From Rickettsiales bacterium (lineage in GTDB: Bacteria > Pseudomonadota > Alphaproteobacteria > Rickettsiales > UBA998): 64,000 bases of DNA. Position 1 is the first letter of the stretch, and the number at the start of each line of letters is the position of its first letter. Shown piece after piece: positions 19,131-27,941 of the stretch. The DNA lies in assembly GCA_028279475.1 (NCBI GenBank), contig JANQNR010000013.1:19524-83523 (forward strand). Direction: 5' to 3'. The notes beneath the pieces were generated by a model, which saw only the letters and a program-made list of their open reading frames with translations, did not search any database and was not told the origin of the DNA. The position numbers and the translations under genes are program-made.

Positions 19131-20372
19131 CTAACCGCGCCCGGCACCATCCATCTGAGCCCGTTCACGGGTAATGTCTGCCCGTTCATCCATCAATGCC
19201 GCTTGCTGCGGTCCTATTCCAGGAGCACGCGGTCGCATCGTCGTGCTTACTGCTCCGGCAGTGGACACGCTTGTCGATGGGGTCTCGCGGCTAAACGAGG
19301 AGATGTTATTGGCCGTGTCCGTGACATTCACTCCCATTCCCTGCATAATATCGTCGCGGGTCATGGCATACGCCGCTGGTGCCCCACCCTGAACCAGCGC
19401 CAGCGTATTGAGCGTCAATAGCCGGGTTGGCAGCACCGCCCCAACATTGATCTCATACGCCAGTTGCCGTGACGCATCCAGCAGGCCGGGATATTTCTCG
19501 CTCAGCAGGTGTGCCTGCTCCTCAGGCTCAAGCTTGTCAAAATCTTTTCCAAAACCTTCGTTGGCTTCCTGCTTGATCGCTGCCTGTAATTCCGTATCGC
19601 CGGCCAGCAACACCTTGAACACATCGATCGTATCGACCGGCTGACGTGCGATCAGTTTTTCTTGCATCTGATTGAGTTCCTTATAGGCGGAATCATGGAC
19701 ATCCTGCCCACTGATGCTAGTCACAGCTTTATCAGCTACGGTAGAGGCAATCGCTCCGCCAACCATAGAAATCGGAATTGTAGCAAGTAGCCCTAAACCA
19801 CCAGTAGCAAATGCGGTTCCCGCTAATAACGGTGCTGCAACAGTCATAGCTCCAACACTGCCAGCTAGCCCGGCACCAGATGATGTAACCCTGCGCACGA
19901 TTTTCTGATCGATTTCGTTGACTGCTTCCCTAAGTTGATGCCTGTCAGGATACTCGGCAAACCAGCGCGTATGATCGCTAGTCACTTCTCCTTCTGGAAT
20001 ACCCAACTCCACCGATATTTCTTTTCGATACAACTCAGTCAGTTTTTCAAGCTCTTTATTCTTCTCATGGTTTCCGCCATATGCTGCTGCTAAGAGTGTC
20101 CCCCCATAACCGGCTGCTCCTGCTGCACCAGCAAACCCCGTCAGTTTTGCTCCATGTTTAGCAAATTCGCTGGCGCCCATCTCAATAAGCCCTGCTGCAG
20201 CATCACCAGCACCTTTATTGAGATTGTCTTGATTTTCCCTCAACTGTTTCTGCTGCAACGCGACTAATTCCTGCGGAGAAATACTGTGCGGCACTGCCGC
20301 TGCTGCCGGGTGGTAAGCGTTCACCTGCGCAACGCCTTCTGGCGGCTGATTATATGTCATCGTCATGGACAT
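19131..20372 (-). CDS. orphan Gly/Ala-rich protein with a ~50-aa bilobed hydrophobic segment
   Basis: 413-aa ORF. Hydrophobic glycine-zipper stretches GFAGAAGAAGYGGTLLAAAYGG and SSGAGLAGSVGAMTVAAPLLAGTAFATGGLGLLATIPISMVGGAIASTVA. Its start is 2 nt after the upstream gene stop. Confidence 0.5.
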   Translation of the reverse strand: MSMTMTYNQPPEGVAQVNAYHPAAAAVPHSISPQELVALQQKQLRENQDNLNKGAGDAAAGLIEMGASEFAKHGAKLTGFAGAAGAAGYGGTLLAAAYGGNHEKNKELEKLTELYRKEISVELGIPEGEVTSDHTRWFAEYPDRHQLREAVNEIDQKIVRRVTSSGAGLAGSVGAMTVAAPLLAGTAFATGGLGLLATIPISMVGGAIASTVADKAVTSISGQDVHDSAYKELNQMQEKLIARQPVDTIDVFKVLLAGDTELQAAIKQEANEGFGKDFDKLEPEEQAHLLSEKYPGLLDASRQLAYEINVGAVLPTRLLTLNTLALVQGGAPAAYAMTRDDIMQGMGVNVTDTANNISSFSRETPSTSVSTAGAVSTTMRPRAPGIGPQQAALMDERADITRERAQMDGAGRG

Positions 20373-20374
20373 AC

Positions 20375-21802
20375 CTACACCACTCCGCTGCGGGTGAGTT
20401 GCGGTTCAATCACACGCCCCTGTGGCTCCGCCTGCTGAATACCGGCTGTTTTGGGGGCTTGCGCCGCCGCTGCCTGCTGCGACAATTTACGCGAAATCTG
20501 CGACACCATGGCCGCTGCCTCGCCACTCTCAATCGCGTGCATCACATCCGACGGGCTGGCACCCTGCTCGGCATAGTGCGCACCCACTTCCGCCGCCAAT
20601 ACCGACAACGCCTTGATGTGATCGGCCGCACGATAATTGAATTCCATCGAATTGCGATTGGTGTAAGGACGCAGCCCCTCAAAAAACGGCGACGCTTCGA
20701 CGATCAAATCAGCGATCATATCCGCCGGCAAACTACCCGTCTGCTGATGCACCTGCCGCATGGCATGGTATTGATCCAGCACCTTGTCATCCTTGATGAC
20801 ATTGTTAATCAGAGCACTGTTGGCCATCGGAATCAGGAACATCTGCGCCACCTGCAACGTCGCACCCAGCTTTCCGCCGCCCACACCGAGCATATTATAT
20901 TCCAGCCCGGCCATCTTAAACGAAATATAGTTACTGAGCGCTGACATCAGTGCCGCCGGACCGATCTGCTTTTTGATCTGGTTACGCTTTTGCTCGACAG
21001 ATACCGGCACGTCTTTTTTAAACATCAATTCCATGACGTTGACCTTGTCCGGGTCTTTACCCGTCATGTCCGCGTACATTTCTTTGAGTGCATCGATCTG
21101 ATGCATGAATTTGGAGATGGTGTGGATGTTCTGCGCCGCCGAACCGGCGATGGCCGCACCGCGCCGCATACCTTTATAGACATTCTGATTCCCAACCGCG
21201 TCTTTCACACCATCAGGAATATGTTTGCCAACCGTATCGTTAAACTTGGTTCCTACGGCTGCCGGTACACTACGCAGGTTCTCTGCCTGGTTTTTCAGGA
21301 ACCCATTTCCTGTTTTATTCAGCAGGTCAGCCGCGCCATTGGCCAAACTTTCTCCTGCATCCTTTACTGGTGTATCGTATGCCCATTGTATCGGCTTGTT
21401 GAGAACTCCGGAAACAGTTTGCCCTGTGTTTGAAACCGCATCACCCACCCCATGCATGCGAGCACCGGCATTTCCCAAGAATTCTTTCCCGGTTTGATTG
21501 CCTGCCCAGTCAAATAACCGCCCGAACGTATGGCCAAAGAAGCCGCCCGCCCATCCCAATACCGTGGGAATAATGGATGCCATCTGCAGAGCAAAGAACC
21601 CCTGAATCGGTGCACCGGTTACATTACTAGCAGTTTTTGCCGCATTGCCTACATTAGAAAGATTTTGCGCCGACGCGCTCATTCTCTGGAAACCGACGAT
21701 ATTATTGGCACCACCAACCGGCGCAGCCGCTACTCGACTACCCGTAGCTTTCAGCAGCTGCTTCTCAAGTTCTGCAATCTCTTTCGGACTAACCGGCGGC
21801 AA
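20375..21802 (-). CDS. orphan protein with hydrophobic segments and a KDAxG-type repeat region
   Basis: 475-aa ORF. Hydrophobic stretch GFFALQMASIIPTVLGWAGGFFG, followed by a polar G/N/K/D-rich region. No family recognised. Confidence 0.5.
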   Translation of the reverse strand: MPPVSPKEIAELEKQLLKATGSRVAAAPVGGANNIVGFQRMSASAQNLSNVGNAAKTASNVTGAPIQGFFALQMASIIPTVLGWAGGFFGHTFGRLFDWAGNQTGKEFLGNAGARMHGVGDAVSNTGQTVSGVLNKPIQWAYDTPVKDAGESLANGAADLLNKTGNGFLKNQAENLRSVPAAVGTKFNDTVGKHIPDGVKDAVGNQNVYKGMRRGAAIAGSAAQNIHTISKFMHQIDALKEMYADMTGKDPDKVNVMELMFKKDVPVSVEQKRNQIKKQIGPAALMSALSNYISFKMAGLEYNMLGVGGGKLGATLQVAQMFLIPMANSALINNVIKDDKVLDQYHAMRQVHQQTGSLPADMIADLIVEASPFFEGLRPYTNRNSMEFNYRAADHIKALSVLAAEVGAHYAEQGASPSDVMHAIESGEAAAMVSQISRKLSQQAAAAQAPKTAGIQQAEPQGRVIEPQLTRSGVV

Positions 21803-21912
21803 AACGCACCTCTTCCCATGATTTCATCCCTTCATTATACCGTAAAACCTGTGAAGAACAGACGGCAATTGTATGAAGTTTTGATGACGAAATAGGGTGA
21901 TTTTCTTTGAAA

Positions 21913-22956
21913 TCAGCGCGTTGTTGCCGGGGTTTCCGGTGGCGCTTGCGCTTCTTTCTCCAGCAATCGCTGGAACGTCATACGGTTATTGACCACCGTT
22001 TCCACATCCTCGATGGTAGGAATCACGGCGGCTTTTAACCTTGCTTTATCAATGGCTTTGGCATTGTCTGGATCATGTTCCAATAGATATTCTAGCTGCT
22101 GCCGCGCCGCATCAAGTGGCGATATATCTGACTGTTTTTCATTGTCTTTTCCAATCTTAAACGGCACAATGCGGTTCTCATACCCAGGATGATAAATCAC
22201 TGCCAACGGTGATTGCTCTGCATGTACTTCTGCATAAGGCGGTATCTTTGCTCCGCGCAGCTTTACGTTTGCTCCAATTTTTACCCCTTCACCAAGCTCA
22301 CAATCGATGAGTGTCGCGCCCTCGTTAATCGTCACATTATCACCAATGGTGCATGGCCCCAACACTGTTGCCCGGGTACCCAGCATGACATTCTTACCAA
22401 TTTTTGGATGGCGGCGTTTCATGCCAGCAGGCAACTCTTTATCCTCAATTTCCTTATGTTCAAAATTACCTCGCCCCATACTGTTGCCAAGCGTCACCCC
22501 GTGCAGAATAAATGATCCTTCGCCAATGCTTGCCGTGTTGCCGATCACCACGCCCAACCCATGATCGATAAACACATCTGGTGCTATGCGCGCCCCTGCC
22601 GGGAGATCAATCCCGCTCATCAGTTTACTTGCCAGCCCCAAATGCCGAATCTGTGTTTGCACTGCCTCGGCATGTACCAAATCGCCATTCTTCTCTGCTA
22701 AATCATGCTGCAGGCGGTTGATTTCCCGATGCACCACAATCGCCGTCAGTCCGGAGGATTCAAACATCACCTGTTGGATCTGCGGATCGTCCATCTTCCG
22801 CAGCATTGGGTCAAACTTCTTGGCATTTTCCAGCCATGCTTTCCCATCGTCATTTGCAAGAAACGCATGTTTTAGCGCATCAATCTGCTGCTTTGTCCGA
22901 CCAAGATCGAACAATTCAGCTTTTTTGGGGTTTGTTGCAACAGGTGATTGGGTCAT
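21913..22956 (-). CDS. cysE: serine O-acetyltransferase (long form)
   Basis: 347 aa. Hexapeptide-repeat core ARIAPDVFIDHGLGVVIGNTASIGEGSFILHGVTLGN...RRHPKIGKNVMLGTRATVLG matches the CysE pattern, with N- and C-terminal extensions. Confidence 0.8.
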   Translation of the reverse strand: MTQSPVATNPKKAELFDLGRTKQQIDALKHAFLANDDGKAWLENAKKFDPMLRKMDDPQIQQVMFESSGLTAIVVHREINRLQHDLAEKNGDLVHAEAVQTQIRHLGLASKLMSGIDLPAGARIAPDVFIDHGLGVVIGNTASIGEGSFILHGVTLGNSMGRGNFEHKEIEDKELPAGMKRRHPKIGKNVMLGTRATVLGPCTIGDNVTINEGATLIDCELGEGVKIGANVKLRGAKIPPYAEVHAEQSPLAVIYHPGYENRIVPFKIGKDNEKQSDISPLDAARQQLEYLLEHDPDNAKAIDKARLKAAVIPTIEDVETVVNNRMTFQRLLEKEAQAPPETPATTR

Positions 22957-23105
22957 AGATGCCTACTGTAAAATTATACATTCCTATAGAGAATAATAAC
23001 ATACTATACAAACAGGAAATTGTAAAATATCCGTGATTATTTCACATGATTAAAAAGTGGAATTAGGGGCTTGTATTCTCTTCTTCCTGCTACCATATTG
23101 ATAGT

Positions 23106-23618
23106 ATGCATTTGCTCATAGTACCGATAGCCACCAGCCTGTGGCTCCTATCCACCGCCACAACCTCTGCACAAGAGCATTCCCCCATGACATCTGACGC
23201 TTCTCCCAACTCGCTAAGCCCCCTACAACAGCACGTGGTGCTGCATGACGGTACTGAACCACCCTTCCAAAACGAGTTCTGGGATCATAAGGAGGAAGGC
23301 ATTTATGTCGACATTCAGTCCGGCGAACCGCTCTTTTCATCGCTGGACAAATTCGATTCCGGCACTGGTTGGCCCAGCTTCACCAAACCAATTGACGCCG
23401 GCAACCTGGTCACCCGGGAAGATCGCAAGCTCTTCACTCCGCGCACCGAGGTACGTTCCAAAGATGCGGACTCACACCTTGGACATGTCTTTACCGACGG
23501 CCCGAAAGCCCATGGCGGCCTGCGCTACTGCATCAACTCCGCGTCTCTGCGTTTCATTCCCAAAGACAAGCTGGAAGAAGAAGGGTATGGGGACTATCTG
23601 TCGCTGTTTGAAGAATAA
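23106..23618 (+). CDS. msrB: peptide-methionine (R)-S-oxide reductase MsrB with signal peptide
   Basis: 170 aa. [29 protein letters not shown] and [11 protein letters not shown] (SelR domain). Confidence 0.9.
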   Translation: MHLLIVPIATSLWLLSTATTSAQEHSPMTSDASPNSLSPLQQHVVLHDGTEPPFQNEFWDHKEEGIYVDIQSGEPLFSSLDKFDSGTGWPSFTKPIDAGNLVTREDRKLFTPRTEVRSKDADSHLGHVFTDGPKAHGGLRYCINSASLRFIPKDKLEEEGYGDYLSLFEE

Positions 23619-23717
23619 ATACAGGCTTTACGCCGCCGGTTAACTTTTTGGTTCGATCCGTACATGTGCTTGTGCTATGATGGTTAACGACGTACGAAAA
23701 GAAATGGAACATACTAG

Positions 23718-24041
23718 ATGACCGATATTTTTGCCACCACCCCCGAACTTCGCACCATCTGTATGATTCTCGACCAATTGGACATCCCGGAGACCGTACA
23801 ACAACAGCATGAATATGGTGGCCGAAACTATGATATTACCATCCGGCGCGTTGGCCTCAACCCATCAATGGCACTCGGCGTCTATCGCAAATACGGGTTA
23901 AAAGGTGTGCAGCACAGTGCTCCTACTCTGTTTTTCTGGAACACGGATGGCGCTCCTGCCAATGTCTGTGACGACTATAAGGCACAGATGGGCGACAAAG
24001 TCTTTGATGTCATCCAGGCATCCATGCTGCGTGTTCATTAG
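23718..24041 (+). CDS. hypothetical protein
   Basis: 107-aa ORF with no recognisable motif. Followed by a 44-nt hairpin. Confidence 0.35.
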   Translation: MTDIFATTPELRTICMILDQLDIPETVQQQHEYGGRNYDITIRRVGLNPSMALGVYRKYGLKGVQHSAPTLFFWNTDGAPANVCDDYKAQMGDKVFDVIQASMLRVH

Positions 24042-24095
24042 TATTTTCATTCTGCCTTTCGCTTATTACTGGATTTCGCTGCGTCGAATGCTATA

Positions 24096-24139
24096 GTCAT
24101 TTCAAGATATAATGTTCTATTATATCTTGAGAAAATGAC
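24096..24139. repeat. 44-nt hairpin
   Basis: gtcatt-tcaagatataat-gttct-attatatcttga-gaaaatgac, with a perfect 12-bp core stem plus flanking pairing. Confidence 0.55.
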
Positions 24140-24153
24140 GATAACTTATAATA

Positions 24154-24215
24154 TATAGCACTTTCTCAAACATTCTGATTCATGACATACGTCATGGAAT
24201 GTTTGAAGTGCTATA
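24154..24215. repeat. 62-nt TATAGC-capped hairpin directly upstream of slt
   Basis: tatagcactttctcaaacattc ... gaatgtttgaagtgctata, with an inner catgac/gtcatg pair. Confidence 0.55.
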
Positions 24216-24225
24216 AATCTCTGAC

Positions 24226-26151
24226 ATGCACCATCTATTTCGCCTCTCTCTCTGTGTCGTATCCATAGCATGGATATGCTCGGCGCATGCAGCCAGCAAG
24301 GATGCGATACTGGATGCACTGCAAAACAAACAGTGGGAAAAAGCACACCGATTATCACAGCAAGGCGGCGATTCTTTTGTGCGTTCACTGGCGGAATGGT
24401 ACTATCTGACACGCAGCGATACCATTGCCTCCCATACGCAATATCAGCGTTTTATGAAGGCGCACCCTGACTGGCCGGGACAGGAGAGGTTAAAAACCCG
24501 CATGGAAATCGCCTTTCTCAACACCAGTCCTGAACCACAAACACTCATTCGCTGGTTTTCCAACTATCCCCCTACCAGCAGTCGTGCTATCCTGCTGCTG
24601 CTTAGCGCCAAAGGCAAGGTGCAAGAGACAGATTTACGCACGCACTGGGTCGACGGCGATTTTTCCCGGCAGGAAGAAGAACGCTTGCGCCGCGCCTATC
24701 GCAACAAACTGACACCCGACATCCATGCGGCGCGTCTCGACCGATTATTGTTTGACGGACAATACGTAGCAGCGGAGCGGTTGTTGCCGCTCGTCGATAC
24801 CTCCACTGCAAAACTGGCAAAGGCCCGCATTGCCGTTGCCCGCAATCGCAACGGTGTCGATGGCTTGATCGCAGCATTGCCGGCGGCCTCGCGCCTGCAT
24901 CCCGGACTGATATATGAACGTATTCGCTACCGAGCAAAGCGCGGCAATTATCGAGGCGTGGAAGAGCTGCTACTGCAAACACGCGCCCCTCTACCCCATG
25001 CTAGCCAATGGTGGAAGTATCAACATCGTGTCATTCGCGATGCCATCGAAGACCGCCGCTATGACACCGCCCGCCTACTGCTTAACAAACATAGTCAGAT
25101 CAAAGCGCTGCCGCGTGTTGAGGCAGAATGGCTGCGCGGATGGCTGCATTACGCTTTCTTGAAGCAACCAAAGACTGCCGTTACCGCCTTCAAAAATATT
25201 TATGAAACAGCCAAAATGCCGATCAGCCGTTCGCGCGGCGCTTACTGGACGGCACGCGCTTATGAAGCGGCAGGCGATAAGAGTAATGCAGGGCGCTGGT
25301 ACCACCGAGCGGCGCTATTTCCTACCACTTTTTACGGCCAGTTGGCGCACCAACATGTGAAACCGGGGGCAACACTTGCTATGCCTGCCACCACAACGCT
25401 ATCAAAGCAGGACGCTAAGCGCTGGATGACATCACATCCTTTGGCCAATCAGATTGGACGGCTGGCGCTGAGCGGTCATACCGATTTGCTGTGGCCACAC
25501 ATTAAACATGAACTCTCCCGGCGGAATGATCCGAAAGCCTTTGCCGGGTTTGCCGCCACCGCCCGAATCAGTGGCGCTCTGCCGCTGGCGATCAACATCG
25601 CTAAAGAAGCGCTGAATAAGGGCATCTACCTGCCGGAATTGTACCCCATCCCTTCCTTGCCGTCCGACCTGGCGGTTGAACCGGCGCTAGCACTGGCGAT
25701 TACCCGACAGGAAAGCCGCTTTGACCACAAAGCCGTCAGCTCCGCCAATGCACGCGGCCTGATGCAGCTATTACCAACGACTGCCAGGCGTGTTGCAAGC
25801 AGCCATGACCTCTCCTACTCGCTCTCCAAACTTTTCCAGCCCCGCTATAGCCTGATGGTTGGATCACATTACCTGCATGGCCTGCTGGAACGCTTTAATG
25901 GTGCGCATATTCTGGCAATTGCCGGCTATAATGCCGGTCCGGGGCGCAGCGACCAATGGCAGGATCGCTTTGGCACCCTCTCATCACGTGACTGGCGGCG
26001 CAATATCTTATGGATGGAACTGATTCCGTTTTCCGAAACCCGCAATTATGTGCAGCGCGTGCTGGAAAACTATCATGTCTATCGCCATCTGCTAAGCCGT
26101 GGTAAAGCGCCATTGAAGGCAAAAGATATGTTGACGGAAACGCAATTGTGA
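24226..26151 (+). CDS. slt: soluble lytic murein transglycosylase (Slt70-like)
   Basis: 641 aa. Signal peptide, superhelical N-terminal region, C-terminal SLT domain with catalytic ITRQESRFD and GLMQLLPTTA. Confidence 0.85.
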   Translation: MHHLFRLSLCVVSIAWICSAHAASKDAILDALQNKQWEKAHRLSQQGGDSFVRSLAEWYYLTRSDTIASHTQYQRFMKAHPDWPGQERLKTRMEIAFLNTSPEPQTLIRWFSNYPPTSSRAILLLLSAKGKVQETDLRTHWVDGDFSRQEEERLRRAYRNKLTPDIHAARLDRLLFDGQYVAAERLLPLVDTSTAKLAKARIAVARNRNGVDGLIAALPAASRLHPGLIYERIRYRAKRGNYRGVEELLLQTRAPLPHASQWWKYQHRVIRDAIEDRRYDTARLLLNKHSQIKALPRVEAEWLRGWLHYAFLKQPKTAVTAFKNIYETAKMPISRSRGAYWTARAYEAAGDKSNAGRWYHRAALFPTTFYGQLAHQHVKPGATLAMPATTTLSKQDAKRWMTSHPLANQIGRLALSGHTDLLWPHIKHELSRRNDPKAFAGFAATARISGALPLAINIAKEALNKGIYLPELYPIPSLPSDLAVEPALALAITRQESRFDHKAVSSANARGLMQLLPTTARRVASSHDLSYSLSKLFQPRYSLMVGSHYLHGLLERFNGAHILAIAGYNAGPGRSDQWQDRFGTLSSRDWRRNILWMELIPFSETRNYVQRVLENYHVYRHLLSRGKAPLKAKDMLTETQL

Positions 26152-26972
26152 GTTCACTACGCCTGTTATTCTGTGGTGACATTGTTGGACGTGCCGGGCG
26201 GGACGCTGTACTGACGCAGGTGCCGCGTCTACGTAACGAGCATCGCATTGACTGGGTGATTGCATCCGGGGATAACGCGTCCGGCGGGTTCGGCATTACC
26301 CCTTCCAACTGCCGGGAACTGTTTGACAATGGGGTAGACGTCATCACCGGCGGCGACCATATCTGGGATCAGAAGGACATGCCGCGCTATATTGAACAGG
26401 AACCGCGCCTACTGCGCCCGCATAATTTTCCTGACAAGGCACCGGGACGCGGCTGGGCGATCTACCCCTTGCCGGATGGACGCAAGATTGGGGTACTGCA
26501 TTTGCTGGGACAAGTGTTCCATAAGGAACATCTCGACTGCCCGTTTGCCTGTGCTGATACGGCATTGGGCAGCCACCGGCTCGGCGGCGACCTGGCCGCC
26601 ATTTTCGTCGATATGCACGCGGAAGCGACGTCGGAGAAAAACGCCATGGGCGTCTATCTGGACGGACGGGTCAGTGCGGTGGTCGGTAGCCATACCCATG
26701 TTCCCACCTCCGATGCCCGCATTCTGAAAGGCGGCACGGCCTACCAGACCGATGCCGGTATGTGCGGCGACTACCATAACTCTGTCATTGGGTTCCAACC
26801 AGATGCGCCCTTGGCTATCTTTACTATGAAAATGCGCAAGCAACGTATGGCTCCAGCTACCGGTGTCGGCACGTTCTGTGGTACATTAATAGACATAGAC
26901 GGTGCTACCGGGTTGGCAACATCCATCCGCCCACTACAACTCGGCGGCGCGATTGGAATGGAAACAGGGTAA
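26148..26972 (+). CDS. YmdB-like metallophosphoesterase (TIGR00282 type)
   Basis: 274 aa. LRLLFCGDIVGRAGR, SGDNASGGFGIT, DVITGGDHIWD and GSHTHVPTSD metallophosphoesterase motifs. GTG start overlaps the slt stop by 4 nt. Confidence 0.85.
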   Translation: MSSLRLLFCGDIVGRAGRDAVLTQVPRLRNEHRIDWVIASGDNASGGFGITPSNCRELFDNGVDVITGGDHIWDQKDMPRYIEQEPRLLRPHNFPDKAPGRGWAIYPLPDGRKIGVLHLLGQVFHKEHLDCPFACADTALGSHRLGGDLAAIFVDMHAEATSEKNAMGVYLDGRVSAVVGSHTHVPTSDARILKGGTAYQTDAGMCGDYHNSVIGFQPDAPLAIFTMKMRKQRMAPATGVGTFCGTLIDIDGATGLATSIRPLQLGGAIGMETG

Positions 26973-26990
26973 AAAAAAGAATATGCGCAG

Positions 26991-27311
26991 CTATAACGCT
27001 ACATCATATTCTTCTGACGGAGGTTCATACTCTACCCCTTCATAAGGATGGTATTGTCCACGCTCATTGCTAATAATACCCCAGACAGTTACCAAAAAGT
27101 GCTGGCCGATATGATCCATTTCAGCCTGTGTGAGTGGAAGCTTGAGCTTCACTCTCAATAACATAAACATTTGACCACTGGGACCAGAAAGAGTCAGCAC
27201 AGCCTCATCAGCAACTGCCTTCCCTACATCAGCAAGGTATTGTTTTACTTTACTAAAATAGTCATCGGCGTATCTCACACCAGCGGCGCATTCAAACTGA
27301 TAGGTAACCAT
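26991..27311 (-). CDS. hypothetical protein
   Basis: 106-aa ORF, no recognisable motif. Confidence 0.35.
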   Translation of the reverse strand: MVTYQFECAAGVRYADDYFSKVKQYLADVGKAVADEAVLTLSGPSGQMFMLLRVKLKLPLTQAEMDHIGQHFLVTVWGIISNERGQYHPYEGVEYEPPSEEYDVAL

Positions 27312-27394
27312 ACAGGAAACCTCAACGTGATGGACGGACTATAACTATCTCACCAATACGGTTACGTCAACTTTCCCGTAGTTGAATGAAAGAT

Positions 27395-27769
27395 TCAAGC
27401 GTCTTCCTGAACGCTGATACCTTCTTCTTCTTCATCCTCGGCATCAACGTCGACGCTTGGCTTGGCCAGCGCGGTCACATTCTTCTGCGACGCCGCCTTG
27501 GTGCGTACCAGCTTGCCCTGCTGATTATCCCATGTGTACTGATAGACTACGGTTTTCACACCGGTCATCACAATGTCACCATCAGCAAGTTGCAACACAT
27601 CAAAGCCTTTCTGCAGCGCGTCATTAATCAGTGCCGACGACTGGCGCAAATAGCGCGGATCGGACATATTTTCCATCATGGCCTCTTCTGCCGGTGTTCC
27701 GGGCGTAGGCGTTGTTGCCTTGCTTGCCAGATCCAATTTTTTGATCAGATTATTATTGTATGTGCTCAT
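27395..27769 (-). CDS. hypothetical protein with acidic tail
   Basis: 124-aa ORF. Preferred over the overlapping plus-strand ORF 27386-27865, whose composition is Arg/Cys/Leu-rich and looks antisense-shadow-like. Confidence 0.4.
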   Translation of the reverse strand: MSTYNNNLIKKLDLASKATTPTPGTPAEEAMMENMSDPRYLRQSSALINDALQKGFDVLQLADGDIVMTGVKTVVYQYTWDNQQGKLVRTKAASQKNVTALAKPSVDVDAEDEEEEGISVQEDA

Positions 27770-27941
27770 AAGACTTATCCTTCCTTTCCTAGGGAAAAAT
27801 TAACTATCACTAAATCAATCGCAAGGAAAGACCTAATGTTGTTTGTGTTTATGAAGCTTTTGTGAACATTGCTGGGCATTGTTCCCCCCACTCCTACATC
27901 TTTTGTTCATGCAGGTTTCATAGCGCCATTGCGTGTAAGTT

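Noticed and set aside
23650-23659. GGTTCGATCC, a tRNA T-loop-like string downstream of msrB
   Set aside because: The flanking bases do not form a T-stem, and no acceptor, D or anticodon arms can be drawn. It is not a tRNA. I found no tRNA elsewhere in the window.
27386-27865. 159-aa plus-strand ORF overlapping the 124-aa minus-strand ORF
   Set aside because: Its composition (runs of R, C, L, H, F) looks non-coding, whereas the minus-strand frame gives a plausible soluble protein with an acidic tail. Neither frame is proven.
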